64,000 nt of DNA, from NCBI RefSeq assembly GCF_963921235.1, contig NC_086097.1, forward strand, positions 113,710,001 through 113,774,000. The letters are read 5' to 3'. The position numbers and the translations under genes are program-made. The notes beneath the pieces are model-generated. The model had not been told where the DNA came from. It saw only the letters and a list, made by a program, of their open reading frames with translations, and ran no database searches. The stretch comes from Mobula hypostoma. Taxonomy: Eukaryota. This document shows positions 26,306-39,428 of the stretch, in pieces. Positions within the stretch are counted from its first letter, which is position 1. Every line of letters starts with the position of its first letter.

Positions 26306-26970
26306 GACATTGTCAATATGTCCATTGAGGTTTCCTACTGGATGGACCTACAAGAATGGATAGATTTAAAACCTTCAAGATAAAGGTCTTCTTGAGACCT
26401 GCCCCGGTTGCACCACACTGCATCCAATAATAAAGGTCTTTGGTGAGACCCAATCAAACATGGACCATGTCCTACACCGCAGAAGCAGGCATTCAGTATC
26501 ATCTTCAGTGCAACAGCACACCATTTGTCATTCAGGAAAGGAGGATTTGAAGATTAAGTCATCAAGCCTGGTAGAATACCCAGGCTCTGTCAGGCAGAGA
26601 TTATCTCTACCTTTTGTGTATACTTGAGAGGTGAACCACCTACAAATCACACTTCAAGGTTTTGGACAAATACCATTAACACTCCCTCAGCGAAGTCTTC
26701 CAAATGGACCAAAAGCATAAGCAAACCAACATTTTTATCTTGTCCCAAGCCAACGTCCCCTGCGTTAAGCTCCATTTATACCCATGCATCGGTATTCTAC
26801 TGGTCACGTTGTTTACAAACCTGACGCCTGAGTCTCAAAGCAAATTCTCCATTCATGTCCAAGGTGGCATTCCAACTTCCTCACTGCAAAATTAATGCTC
26901 CCTGGGAAAACAGATCAACCAGGATCAAGTGGCAGAGCAGACTCAATGCGCTAAATGATCTAATTCTCCT

Positions 26971-27363
26971 CCTACATAATGTACTGGGTGGGCACAGGAG
27001 TACATTCAGCCAGAGACTCATTCCTCCGAGATGCAGCACAGAGCATCATAGGAAGTCATTCCTGCCTGTGGCCATCAAACTTTACAACTCCTCCCTTGGA
27101 GGGTCAGACACCCTGAGCCAATAGGCTGGTCCTGGAACTTATTTCATAATTTACTGGCATAATTTACATATTACTGTTTAACTATTTATTACTATTTTCT
27201 ATTACTATTCTATTACTATTTATTATTTCTATTACTGTTACTATTTACTAATAGTAATATTACTATTATTATTTCTATTACTATTTATTAATTATGGTGC
27301 AACTGTAACGAAAACCAATTTCCCCCAGGATCAATAAAGTATGACTATGACTATGACTATGAC
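26971..27363 (+). mobile_element. Rex1/Babar-like LINE 3' end with a (TATGAC)n tail
   Basis: Near-identical to 60338-60637. Encodes RCSTEHHRKSFLPVAIKLYN. Confidence 0.85.
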
Positions 27364-27649
27364 TCATGGTCTATAGGTCTCATCACTCCCTCTCTCTGCC
27401 TTACACTGGCCAGATTCCCTTTCCACTCAGTCCTGAGATGCAGGGTCTCAGCTTGTTCCACAGATGCTGCCTGAACCACTAAGCTCCTCTGCAGATTGTT
27501 AGTTCCAGCTTCCAGCAGTTTTCATCAATGTACCACAGAAAACATTCCATCAATGTGCAACACAACTTGCTATAGTATTGCTCTGGTCATGACCACAGTT
27601 CAGTATGCCATGGTAACCAGCCTCTCTTCTAAACACTCTGTCTGCATTT

Positions 27650-27935
27650 CAAACATGAGTAAGTCTGCAGATGTTGGAAATCCAAACCATCTCACACAAA
27701 CACTGGAGGAACTTAGCAGGTCAAACAGCATCTATGGAAAGGAATAAACAGTCGATGTTTCAGGGTGAGGTGCTTCTTCAGGACTGAGAAGGAAGATGCC
27801 AAAATAGAAAGGTGGGGAGATGGGAAGGAGGCCAGCTGAATGGTGATAGGTGAAGCCAAGTGGGTGGGAAAGGTGAAGGGTTGGAGAAGAAGGAATAGGA
27901 CAAGAGAGTGAAACATTGGAGAAGGGGTAGGAGGA
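27650..27935 (-). mobile_element. Penelope-like terminal fragment
   Basis: Shared terminus. The hammerhead core is retained at 27749-27786, but stem II pairs poorly. Confidence 0.75.
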
Positions 27936-28174
27936 AAGCATTAGTTTGGCACAACGTTGTGGGCAAATGGGTTAGTTCCTGTGTTGTACTGTTCTATGTT
28001 CTAAGTATGAGGTAATGCAAAGTCTGATAAGAAATAAAGAGTAAATGGCAGGGAGCTTAGGAGCAATGATATACAGAGGGACTTTATGGTATAGGTCCAT
28101 AGCTCACTGAAAGCAGTGACACAAGTGGATAGGGCAGTGTAAAAGGAGTTTGATATGCTTCTTAACAGTCAGTC

Positions 28175-28810
28175 CGTCAGGGCAGCAATGCCTCTAGTCC
28201 TGTTACTCTGAGCACTGGCGCTCCCCAGGGCTGTGTGCTCAGCCCGCTGCTGTTAACAATGCTGACACATGACTGTGTCGCAGGACTCAGCTCAAACCAT
28301 GTCATTAAGTTTGTGAATGACACAACAGTGGTTGGCCTCATCCACAACGATAACGAGTCGGAGTACAGAGGGGAAGTAGAGTGGCTGGTAGACTGGTGTG
28401 AGAACAACAACCAAGAAGCTTGTTTATTTCTGCTTTTTTCTTAAACAGGTGCTGGACACGCTCCGGCTACCACTGCACCCCTGCAGTACCCTCTTTGATT
28501 TTGTACCATCAGAAAGAAGACTCCATTAGGATGGGAAACAGCTTCTTCCCTCAGGTTATTAAGCTTCTGAACTTCCTGCCGAATCGCATTTGAAGTGTCA
28601 CTGGTTAATTTGTTCTGTACCTTACCATATTTAATTTATGCACTTTACTTTGTTGATATGTAATTCATTTGGAGATTTAATTTTTACTTTCCTAAGTTAT
28701 TGTGTCTTATGTGTACGACTGTACTTTACACCCTGGTCTGGAGAAATGTTGTCTCATTTGACAGTATAAATGTATATAGTTAAATAACAATAAGCTTGAC
28801 ATGACTTGAA
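28175..28810 (+). mobile_element. Rex1/Babar-like LINE, internally deleted
   Basis: RT motifs STGAPQGCVLSPLL and IKFVNDTTVVGLI. Ends in a (cttga)n-like tail. Confidence 0.75.
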
Positions 28811-29029
28811 AACAGGCCCTGAGGGTTTATTGCCTTTAAGTCCAATTAATTATTCCAATATTAAATGTTTTACAAATGCTAATTTCACTGTGCTCCTCAT
28901 TTCCTTTAGATCGGTCTCTCTTGGTACATTGATACTCTTTTGACAAATTGAATTTTTTCTACTTTTGTCAAATTTCTAGCATTTTACTTTTTTGATAATA
29001 TTTGCCAATCTTATATCAGCAACATAAGG

Positions 29030-29345
29030 ATGTATCCTATAGTGGGGGGAGTTTAGAACCAGAGGAAACAGCCTCAGAATATAAGGATATCCTTCCTATG
29101 AGAGATGAGGAGTAATTTCTTTAGCCAAAGGATGGTGAATCTGTGGAGTTCATTGTCACAGACGGCTGTGGAGGCCAAATCATTGGATATATTTAAAATG
29201 GAGATTGATAGGTTCTTTATTATTAAGGGCGTCAAAGGTTACGGGGAGAAAGCAGGAGAATGGGGTTGAGAGTGATAATAGATCAGCCATCAGCAGAGCA
29301 GACTTAATGGGCTGAATGACCTAATTCTGCTCCTATGTCTTATGA
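29030..29345 (+). mobile_element. CR1 3' end
   Basis: gagatgaggagtaatttctttagccaaaggatggtgaatctgtgg and a cctatgtcttatg tail. Confidence 0.8.
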
Positions 29346-30224
29346 CTAACAGCAAAATTGCCAATACTCTTTGAAGTTTTCCCCATGTTTAGTTGTTGTG
29401 TTGCAGCCTACAGTGTGAAAGAAATTGTCATTAATACATCATTGGCAAGTAAAATGACACAATAAAAATATGCATTTTTAACATTTTTAAAATGCAGATT
29501 TATAGCAATATGTTAATAGAATATATCATGCATGAGTTTTCACAATCTGAATTTATCAATTAAATAAATAACTATGTAATGTCAGCAGTAACTTGACTGA
29601 GAAAAATAGTTCTGTGGTAATTCTTGGAACATTCCTAAATAAGCTGCATGCCTGCAGAATGGGAACATCAAGACGCAACCATGCAGTGCAAAATGTTGGT
29701 GGCGTGGAGGGTGATACAAATTTCATTGGTTATATCACTTGTGCAAGTTAGTCATGGTTCATGATTAATGAGGCTTAGTGAAACAGAGAGACAGCATCTA
29801 AGCCCTCCCACACACTGTATTCTCTTTGTCTCCTACTTCACTGGCAAAACAAATACAAGTAACTACATTATCACTGAACTGCACAGATCATCGTGTAAAT
29901 GCAAACACAGATTGCAAATGATAAACAAATCTCCAATTTAAATTTTATAATAATTTTTGAAATGTTCCAAATTTATAATATACTAAGGTGCAGAGTAAAC
30001 AGAATATTTATTCAGGTGAGTACATGGCTATCTGGCTGAAGGACACTAGTATGAGAAAAAATATTTTTCAGAAATCATTCACAAGGTAACCGACCTCTAG
30101 CAATTTAACTTAACTGCTCATCTGTTCATCCAAGTTACTTATTTACCATCAATATTGCAATATAACATTATAAATCTAAGTGCTGTAAGGCAACTATCTT
30201 CTGTACAGTGCCTTAGTGAGAAGC

Positions 30225-30848
30225 GGCACCTCTAGGAAGAGGTACAGTCGACGTTTCAGGCCGAGACCCTTCGTCAGGACTAACTGAAGGAAGAGTGAGT
30301 AAGGGATTTGAAAGTGGGAGGGGGAGGGGGAGATCCAAAATGATAGGAGAAGACAGGAGGGGGAGGGATGGAGTCAAGAGCTGGACAGGTGATTGGCAAA
30401 AGGGGTATGAGAGGATCATGGGACAGGCGGCCCAGGGAGAAAGAAAAGGGGGAGGGGGGAACCCAGAGGATGAGCAGGGGGTATAGTCAGTGACAGAGAG
30501 AGAAAAAGGAGAGTGAAAGAAAGAATGTGTGTATAAAAATAAATAATGGATGGGGTACGGCGGGGTAGGGCATTAGCGGAAGTTAGAGAGGTCAATATTC
30601 ATGCCATCAGGTTGGAGAACAGCGGTCAGCAAAGCGGTCTCCCAGTCTGCGTCAGGTCTCGCCAATATATAGAAGGGTTTGCTGAACACTTACGCTCTGT
30701 CCGCCAGAGAAAGCAAGATCTCCCAGTGGCCACACATTTTAATTCCACATCCCATTCCCATTCTGACATGTCTATCCACGACCTCCTCTACTGTAAAGAT
30801 GAAGCCACACTCAGGTTGGAGGAACAACACCTTATATTCCATCTGGGT
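30225..30848 (-). mobile_element. Penelope-like 3' fragment with an internal inversion
   Basis: Terminus and UTR on the minus strand. The GIY-YIG segment FAEHLRSVRQRKQDLPVATHFNS lies on the plus strand (~30668-30848). Confidence 0.8.
30245..30282 (-). ncRNA. Minimal hammerhead ribozyme motif (PLE-associated)
   Basis: UAGUC-CUGACGA-AGGGUCUCGGCCU-GAAAC-GUC-GACUG: intact core, stem I AGUC/GACU, stem II, and a very short palindromic (ACGU) stem III. Confidence 0.75.
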
Positions 30849-31718
30849 AGGCTGTGTTGGAGTACCATTGCTTCATGGAGCCTTGTTGTTGGTAGTCAGA
30901 GCTGTCTTTGCAGTATGGATTTGGCTGTTTCCTGGGCCTGCTGAGTGGCTGCCAGCCACTCTGAGCAAGGTAGGGATCTGGCTGTTTCTGTTGCCAGCTG
31001 AGGTTGCTGGCTGTAACTGTGACTTGGAGCAACCCTGAAGCAGAGATGGAACTGTCTGTTGTTCTTTGGTGTTTGTCTCTTCTTGTCCTTGCCTCTGGGG
31101 TAAGTCAGGCTGTTCTACTGTTGCCCTGTGGGGGGGGATCTGTCTTGGCTTGTCTTTGCCTCTGTTGGGTAAGTCTGGCTGTTCTGCTGTTACCCAACAG
31201 GTGGACCCATCCCATCTTGGTGTGGAGATAAAGTTGAGTCCTGGCTTGTCTATGGATGAGTCCCAGCTCTATGTCTATGTACTGTCTAGACTCATGTTAG
31301 TGTCCAGTTAAAGATGAGTCCTGGCTTTTCGAAGATAAGTCCCTGCTCTCTGTTGATGTACAGTTCCCAGTCTGTCTCTGAGCTCCAGCCTCTGAGTTAT
31401 CAGCCTGCAGCCTCGAGCCAAGACCCCAGCCACGTCTTGCCTTGTAGCCATGTCATGTCCTTGCCTGGTTCTGGGAGCTGAGCCTGAGGCAAGACCCAGG
31501 TCTTGGGTCCTTGTCAAGTCTCTATCTTGGAGTCCAAGCCCAGACTTCTAGTTCATAGTTCCTTGTCTGGGTTCCCTGTGTCTTGTCCATGTCCTAGCCC
31601 AAGTCTATGTTCTTGTCCCTGCTCCTTGTCTGTTTCCTGTTGCGTCCCTACTCAAGTCAAGTCCTGTTCCTTGTACTTCAGTGTCTGTCTTGCATTTGGG
31701 TCCATTCCCATTGTGACA
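30849..31718 (+). mobile_element. 5'-truncated LTR, same family as 39429-40748
   Basis: Colinear with the reverse complement of ~39429-40510. Ends tgcatttgggtcc...TGTGACA. Confidence 0.8.
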
Positions 31719-34700
31719 GGAGGAGAAACTGACATGTCTTGAGGAGTGTGACAGCTATTTTCTGAGCGGCAAGAACAGTTGGAAGAACAGATGTCAACCC
31801 TCACAGCAACGGTTTGGCAATTCACCACGGACAGCCAGAATCAGATGTTAGTGATTACTGCTCTCACAGCTAACCACAGTTCAGTAGCTTACTATGCACA
31901 GGCAGAATCAGGTGACAGACACAACAGCTCTCGTTGTCATGATTCAGTAGCTTTTAGTTATGTCTTTCCCATTCCCAGCATCTCCCAGATCCTCCTCTTC
32001 AACAGCATCATCAATGTCACTAAAGTTCCGACTCCTGTAATCACATCCAGACTGAGTATTCCTCCATCAGGTAGATACCCTGGTGACCCTGACAACCTGC
32101 AGGAATTTTATTACCCAGTGTGAGCTGACTTTCCAAGCTTAGCCTGGTCAGTCTGGTGATGATGAGCTAAACTGGCTTACGTGGTGAACCTCTTAGACAG
32201 ACACTCAATCAGCCTGTTCAGTGCTCTATGGGAATGAGGATTTCCTTGTAACCTAATCATTTTGGCAATTTGCTGTCGAGTTCAAGTGAGATTTTGATCT
32301 TCCAGTATGGGGTCAGGAGGCTGCCCAACGACTTCTAGACCTGCATAAAGGTAGAGGGGCAGTGAGGGACTACACGGGGAAGTTCCACATGCTTGTGATG
32401 GAGACGGGGAAGAAGAAGAGATCCCACATTACTACCTTCCAGCAAGGACTGATGCAGGGGTCCGGTGAAAGATCACAGTGCATAACGAGCAAGACAGCCT
32501 GGATAACTAATTAATCTAGCCATTCAAATTGACAACTGGATAACTGAGTTGTGCAGAGAGAGAATGCCCTGAACTACCTATTCCTGAGATCCCTGTTTGT
32601 CTGTACCGTCTCTTGTATTACCCAGTACGCAGTCTGTGGAGGAGCCTCTGCAGGTGGGGCGCATGATCCTAGCTCAGGAGGAATGAGATTGGCACAGGAG
32701 AACAGTTTCCTGCTTCCATTGTGGTGGTCCAGGACTCTTCCAGGCTTCAAGTCCCAAGCACCCAGTAAAGGAGGATACCCTTCACCAGGAAGGGAGTTCT
32801 GGTGGGTGTGTTCTCCCTGCAAGCATCTTCCCATAATTGTTTAATGCTCCCAGCTTCCTTGTCATGGGGGTGTCAGACCCACAGGTTTCACGTGCTGACT
32901 CCTGGGGCAGCCAGGAACTTCATGGCTACATTCCTGGTTCAGAAATGGAGAGTTCCAACTGAGAAATTAAGAGAAAATATTAATGTCAAGGCCTGGATGG
33001 TTGGCCTCTGGGCATGGGAAAAATCCACCTTTCCACAGAACCCCCTCCAACTTGTGCTAGATGACAACTATAGGGAACTACTCTCCTTTTAGCTGGTTGA
33101 TTTGCCTGAACTGCCACTGGTGCTTGCCCTTCCCTCGTTATATGGACATAACCCATGGATTGATTGGTCCCTAAAGGCACTCCAAGGGTGAGGGCCCTCT
33201 GTCTGGGTCCAGTTCCAGTCATATGTCAGGTCATGGCCATTTACCTCTTACCCGATACTAGTCTGCTCCGAGCTGGCTCTTTTGCCCCTCTCATCCTGAA
33301 ATGGTGGCCATGGAGCACATGAAGGAGGCATTGGTCTGAGGGTTTATCGTTAGCAGGGGCAGGCTTCTTTTTTGTGAGAAAGAAGGATGGTAAGCTCTGT
33401 TCCTGCATTGATTATTGGCCCGTTAAATAACACCACAGTGAACAGCCGATACTCTCTTCCCCTGCTTGCTTCTGCATTCAAACATCTCCAGAGAGCAACT
33501 ACCTTTTCCAGGATAGATCTGTACAATGCTTGTATCATATCAGAGAAGGAGACAAGTGGAAGACAGCTATCAACACCTCCGATGGCCTCTTTGAGTACCT
33601 TATGATGCCCTTTGGTCTGGCCTACGCCCCTGCTGTTTTTTATGTCCTGGTCAATGATGTGATCAGGGACATTCTGAATCAGTTTGTTTTTGTGTATTTA
33701 GATGACATTCTGATCTATTCCCACTCTTGTCAGGAACATGCCCAGCATATCCGGAGGGTTCTCAGATGTCTTCTCGAGAATAACCCTTACGCCAAGCCAG
33801 AGAAGTGTGAGTTTCACAAAGAACGGGTGTTGTTTTTGGGCTACACCTTCTCTCCTTCCAGTGTTCAAATGGACCTGTGTAAAGTTCAGGCAGGCACAGA
33901 GTGGCCCAAACCATCTATGATCAAACAGACATGGAGCTTAATGAGGGTTGCAAACTTTAATCATGGCTTTGTTAGAAACTTCAATTCCATCCCCCATAAA
34001 TGCATTCTTCAAGAGGACCTATGCAAGATTCCTTTGGACAAGTGAAGCAGATGAAGCATTCTCAAAACAAAAGTGAGATTCACCACTGCCTCAGTGCTGC
34101 AGCACCCAGACCCATCCCCATCCATTCATCATTGAGGCTGATGCATCAGATGTCACCATTGGAGCTGCACTCTCCCAGTGCTCCTTTGCAGATAACCAGC
34201 TCTACCCCTGGGTGCCCTTCTTCCCCATTGCTTGACTCCTACTGAGTGTAACTATGATGCTGGGAACTGAGAACTGCTAGCTGTTGAGGAGACCCTGGAA
34301 ACACGGTAACATTGAAGTAACTTGTTTTTAGCATAGACAGATCACAAGAACCTCTTCTACATGCGGAAAGTCAAGACAAGCAACTCTCATCAAACCTTCT
34401 GAGCTCTATTCTTCGCCCAGTTTAATTTCACCCTCATCTAATATCCTGGCAGCAAAAATACCAAGGCTGGTGCTCTCTCCTGGCAGCTCAACATCCTTCC
34501 TTGCTTATGCATTGTTGTGCTGGTGATTTGGGGAATAGAGGCAGAAGAGGGCTGCCTAACAGTCAGATCCAGGCCTAGATGGAGGACCTCTTAACCAGCT
34601 GATTGTCTCTGCCATGGCATGCCTCAGAGTGTTGGAATGAGATCATTCCTGCCTGGTTGGACATCCAGGAATTCAATGGACCCTGGAATTTATCATGAGA

Positions 34701-35887
34701 TGAACTTGGCAGCCATCTATGCCACAGGACATCCACGAGATTGGTTCTGCCTGTCCCACGTGCCCAGTACAAGATGTCCACCAGTGTCCTGCTGGTTGGT
34801 TGTGTTACTAGGTTTGCCCTGCCACTCCAGTTCCATCTCTTGGTGGATTTCATCACTGGTCTAACCCCATCTGATGGAAACATTACCATATTGGTGGTTG
34901 TGGACAAATTCTCCAAGACTGCCCACTTCATCGCTCTCCCAGAGGTCCCGTTGGCTTGTGAGACTGCCATCCTCATGGTTCAGCATGTGTTCAGGCTGCA
35001 CGGCTTTCCTCAGGGCATAGTGTCTGATCGAGGACCACAGATCATATCCCATATTTGGGAGCTCTTCCATTCTCTTGTGGGAGTCACAGCCAGCCTTTCA
35101 TCTGGTTTCCACTCCCGATCTAATAGCTAGACTGAAAGAGTGAATCAGGAGCTGGAGACAACCCTGTGCTGCCTTGCCTCTTCCAGCCCATCATCCTGGA
35201 GCTCCCAGTTGGGTTAGGCAGAGTTGGCCCACAATAACCTCCAATCATCCTCTGCAGGCATGTCCCCTGTGAATGCCAGAAAGGATTCCAGCCACTGCTC
35301 TTCTCTGGCCAAGAGATTGATGTGGGAGTTGCTGTTGCTGAACAGTTGGTTCAATGCCAGAAGCACATGTGGAGGTGGGCCATGGTTTCTCTGCTGCGTG
35401 CTCGGGAATCGTATACTCAGCAGGCTGATTGGCTCCGCTGACAGGTGAGACCTTTTAAGCCAGGGAAGAAAGTCTGGCTGGTGTCCAGGGATCTTCCCTT
35501 GAAAGTCAAAAGCTGCACAGTGTCCCTATGATATGTGGAACCATCTGTAGTGGAGAAACTATTAACAAGGTCTCATATAGACCGTGCCTACCACCATCTA
35601 TGAAGATTCACCTGGTGTTCCATGTTTCCTAGCTCAAGCCGTTGACCATCTCCCCACTTGCTCCAGTCACCCCTTCCCCCTGTTTGGTGGATGGGTCCAT
35701 GGTCTATTCTGGGTGGTGCCTCCTGGCTTCTTGTCGATGTGTGCCAGGGTACGGTAGCTAATGGATTAGGAGGGGTATGGCCCTGAAGAATGTTCTTGAC
35801 TTGTAGCCCATAACATACTTCTTGTATAGGACTTCTAGCAGGCACATGTCTCTGGTGCCTTGGAAACTGCGTCTAGGGAGGGAGCCC
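31719..35887 (+). mobile_element. Decayed Ty3/Gypsy chromovirus (Sushi-like) gag-pol
   Basis: Gag (PPSGRYPGDP; degenerate zinc knuckle CFHCGGPG), protease (LTPGAARNFM), RT (MPFGL..YLDDILIYS), RNase H (IEADASDV), integrase (VDFITGL..VVVDKFSK..IVSDRGPQ) and a chromodomain remnant (EGYGPEECS). Many stops and frameshifts. Purine tract agggagggag at ~35875-35884. Confidence 0.92.
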
Positions 35888-36352
35888 TGTCACAACCACA
35901 GACTCTGCCACGAGGTCTGCGCACCCTTGCAGGCAGGTGGTACAGCAGGATCAGCCATCACGCGTGTGAGTATGCACATTCCAGACAATTAGTGTTTCAT
36001 TCTGGTGCTGTTTAACTTCCAACCTCACATTTCAGTCTTCTTGAGACTTGACCAAACACAGAGCAATGTCAACATTGCCTGCTTACCATTGTCCAGATTC
36101 CAGGAAAGAAGACTACCATTTAGATTGACACTGTTAAGGAGCAGTACTTAATATTAAGCTACTGCTACCGAGCTGCTATATCTGCATTAGCTTTAATTTG
36201 ACAGTTCTAATTATCGGCCCTGTTGGTTGAGTGTTTATTGTTTTTCCTTTATTTCTGCACAGCTCTCATTAAAGTCAATGAACTGTTTGTCCACTTCAGT
36301 ATCTCCTTCTCTGTCTCGGCACTTGGGAAATAACCCCAAACCCATGTCAACA
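35888..36352 (+). mobile_element. 3' LTR of the Gypsy element
   Basis: Starts TGTCACA just after the polypurine tract. Contains ATTAAA and gcacttggg and ends near TGTCAACA. Confidence 0.65.
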
Positions 36353-36492
36353 CTGTTGTAAAGCATGGTTATTTGAATTACTATCACTTCAATCACATTT
36401 CCTCCCCATTTTGATGTTTGGTCTGAACAACACCTGATTGGTTTATCAGATATTTGTTGTATAGGTGTTCCTAATAAATTGGCCACTGAGGA
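36353..36492 (-). mobile_element. Tc1-derived element fragment with one TIR
   Basis: cctaataaattggccactgag TIR plus internal family sequence. Confidence 0.7.
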
Positions 36493-37629
36493 TATGCTGC
36501 TTTAATCGCAAAGCAAACCTTCAGTTTACTTCCACAGAAATGCCATTGTCAAAGTAGACATTGTTCAGCAGGTTGTTCATTTCAAGCAGCAGATGATGTT
36601 ATTTCTGAATAGTAGACAAGAAGTTGTCAATATAAGGTCTTGTGCAAATAACCTGCAAGTCCAAACTGTCACCTCTATGGTTAAATCATTGTTGGTCATC
36701 TTCAGCAAAAGTCATCTTTGGAGATAGAGTACCTTTTATATGTTTCCCTCTGTTAATTGCTGAACCTTCTGCATGTGCTAAAACTGTTCAACACTCAGCA
36801 ATACACCTCACTTTCTTTGGGGACCAGTATTCTAGAGGAGAAATGTGCTTTTGCCACCAGAGAAGGCTTAAACTAGATTGGTTGGGGGGAGGTGTTGGTG
36901 GGACTCAAGAAAGTGATGTCAGTGAGCAAACATTGTTCAGGACCAGTTATTACCCATTAACAACTAGGGGTTCCTGAGCCAGTGTGGATAGCTTCACTCA
37001 CCACAACAGTGAGGTACCAACTGATTCCACAATCTATATTCTCACTTTCAAGGACTCTACAGTCTTGTTCTCAATATTACTTCTTATTTATCTACTGTTA
37101 TTATTTTGGTTTTCTTTTTGTATTTGTACAAGTTGTTGCCTTTTGAACATTAGCTGTTTAACTGTCTTTGTGTGTTTGTGTATTTTTTATTGATTTTATT
37201 GTGTTTCTTTGTATTTGTGCTGAATGTCCACAACAAAATTAATCTCAGGGTTGTATATGGTGACATATATAAACTTTGATAATAAATTTACTTTGAACTT
37301 TGAAAACAGGGGTATGTGCAGCAGCATAGCCACCTTCATGGCAAAAGGGCAGATAGGATCTTTGCATTTTTTTCAATGAATGAGGTTTAACTGGTAAAGT
37401 GAGTGAACTGTTGGCATGGATTGTCTCTAGGAACTGGGATATTGTAACCATAACACATTTGTATAGAATGTAGAAATAAGAAGGGGATTGTCACCTCAGT
37501 AGAGCTATACTATATACCCCCAATAGTCAGCAGGAACTCAAAGAGCAGATGTGTTGGGAAATTGTACATACTTGTGATAATAGTAGGGCAGTACTAATGG
37601 GAAATGTAATTTTTCCTTGTACTTGTCCT

Positions 37630-38140
37630 GTCCAAGACTGAAAGAAGCTGCAGAAGATCATGAGCATGGTGCAGCACATCATACAAACCAATCTTCCGTC
37701 CGTGGACTCACTTCACTCTGCACTCTGTCGGAGCAGTGCTGCCAGGATAATCAAAGACAAGACCCACCCAGCCAACACACTTTTTGTCCCTCTTCCCTCT
37801 GGGAGAAGGTTCAGGAGCTTGAAGACTCGTATGGCCAGATTTGGGAACAGCTTCTTTCCAACTGTGATAAGACTGCTGAATGGATCCTGAACCGGATCTG
37901 GGCCGTACCGTCCAAATATCCGGACCTGCCTCTCTGTTTTTTTGCACTACCTTACCTTCCATTTTTCTATTTTCTATTTATGATTTATAATTTAATTTTT
38001 TAATATTTACTAATTTTAACTATTTTTAATATTTTAAATATTGAATATTTGTAATCCACGGAGTGTGAAGCACAGAATCAAATATTGCTGTGATGATTGT
38101 ACGTTCTAGTACCAATTGTTTGGCGACAATAAAGTGTGAA
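37630..38140 (+). mobile_element. Rex1/Babar-like LINE 3' end
   Basis: Encodes AARIIKDKTHPANTLFVPLPSGRRFRSLKTRMARFGNSFFPTVIRLLN. Confidence 0.85.
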
Positions 38141-39428
38141 GTATAATGTATAAGTATTGAATAGAACTGGATTGAATGGGATTTGAAGAGTGGATCTGAG
38201 ACAGTTTCCTCATACAATATTTAGAGGAACCCAATTCGTAAGGAGCAAAACTGGACCTTCCCTTGAGTATGAATGCAGGCCAATTAACTGAAGAGCAATT
38301 GGGGAGCACGTTGAGTCCAGTGACCTCAATCCCTCCACCCAGCTGAACTGCTTCTCAAATCATTTGGCAGCTCCCACTTCCTCCAACATCATTGAGTAGC
38401 CATGGACTCCTGCATAGGACCTGGCTATGCCTGCTTTTTTGCTGGCTACATGGAACAGTCCATGTTCCAAACTTTCCCTGGTAATGCTCCCCAACTCTTT
38501 TTGTGCTACATTTGATGACTGCATTGGTGCTGCTTCATGCACCCATACTGAGCTCATCAATTTCACCAACTTTGCCTCTAGCTTCCAACCTACCCTTAAA
38601 ACCACTTGGTCCATTTCTGACACCTCTCTCCCCTTTCTTAATTTCTCTATCTCCATCTTTGGAGAAAAACTTTCTACCAGTATTTTTTATAAACCTACCA
38701 ACTTCCATGGCTATCTTGATTATAGTTCTTCCCACACTTTCTCCTATAAAAATGGCATTCCTTTTTCTCAATTCCTTCATCTCCACCATATCTGTTCCTA
38801 GGGTGAGGCTTTCCTTCTCGTAATATCAGATATGTCCTCCTTCTTCAAAGAATGGTATTTCCCTTCATCCACCATTGATGCTACCTTCACCCATATCTCC
38901 TCCATTTCCTGGACATCCATCCTCCCACCGTCTTAATAGGGATAGAGTTTCTCTTGTCCTCATCTACCACCCCACGAGTCTCTGTATTGGGTATATCATT
39001 CTCAGTAACTCTACCATCTTCAATATGACCCTACCACTTTTACCTTTCCCTCCACTCTTTGCTTTCCACAGGCATTGATCCCTCTGTAAGTCCCTTTTCC
39101 ATTTGTCCCTCCCCACTAATCTCCCTCCTGGAACTTATCGCTGAAAGCAGTAAAGGTGCTACACCTGCCCCTTCAACTGCTCCCTCACCTCCATTCAGTG
39201 CCTGAAACCATCCTTCTAGTTGAGGCAACATTTCACCTGTGAATCTGTTGGAGCCATCAACTGAATTCCAGTGCTCCCAATGCGGCCTCCACTATATTAG
39301 TGAGATGTAACATAGCTCAGGGGACCACTTTGGCAAGCACCATTGCTCCACCTAGAAAAAGCAGTATTTCCTGGTGGCCACCCATTTTAATTTGAATCCC
39401 TATTCCCAATGCAACATGTTAGTTCATG

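Noticed and set aside
33530..35130. Domesticated Sushi-derived gene (PEG10/RTL1-like)
   Set aside because: Gag and pol are riddled with stops and frameshifts, and the protease and zinc-knuckle residues are degenerate.
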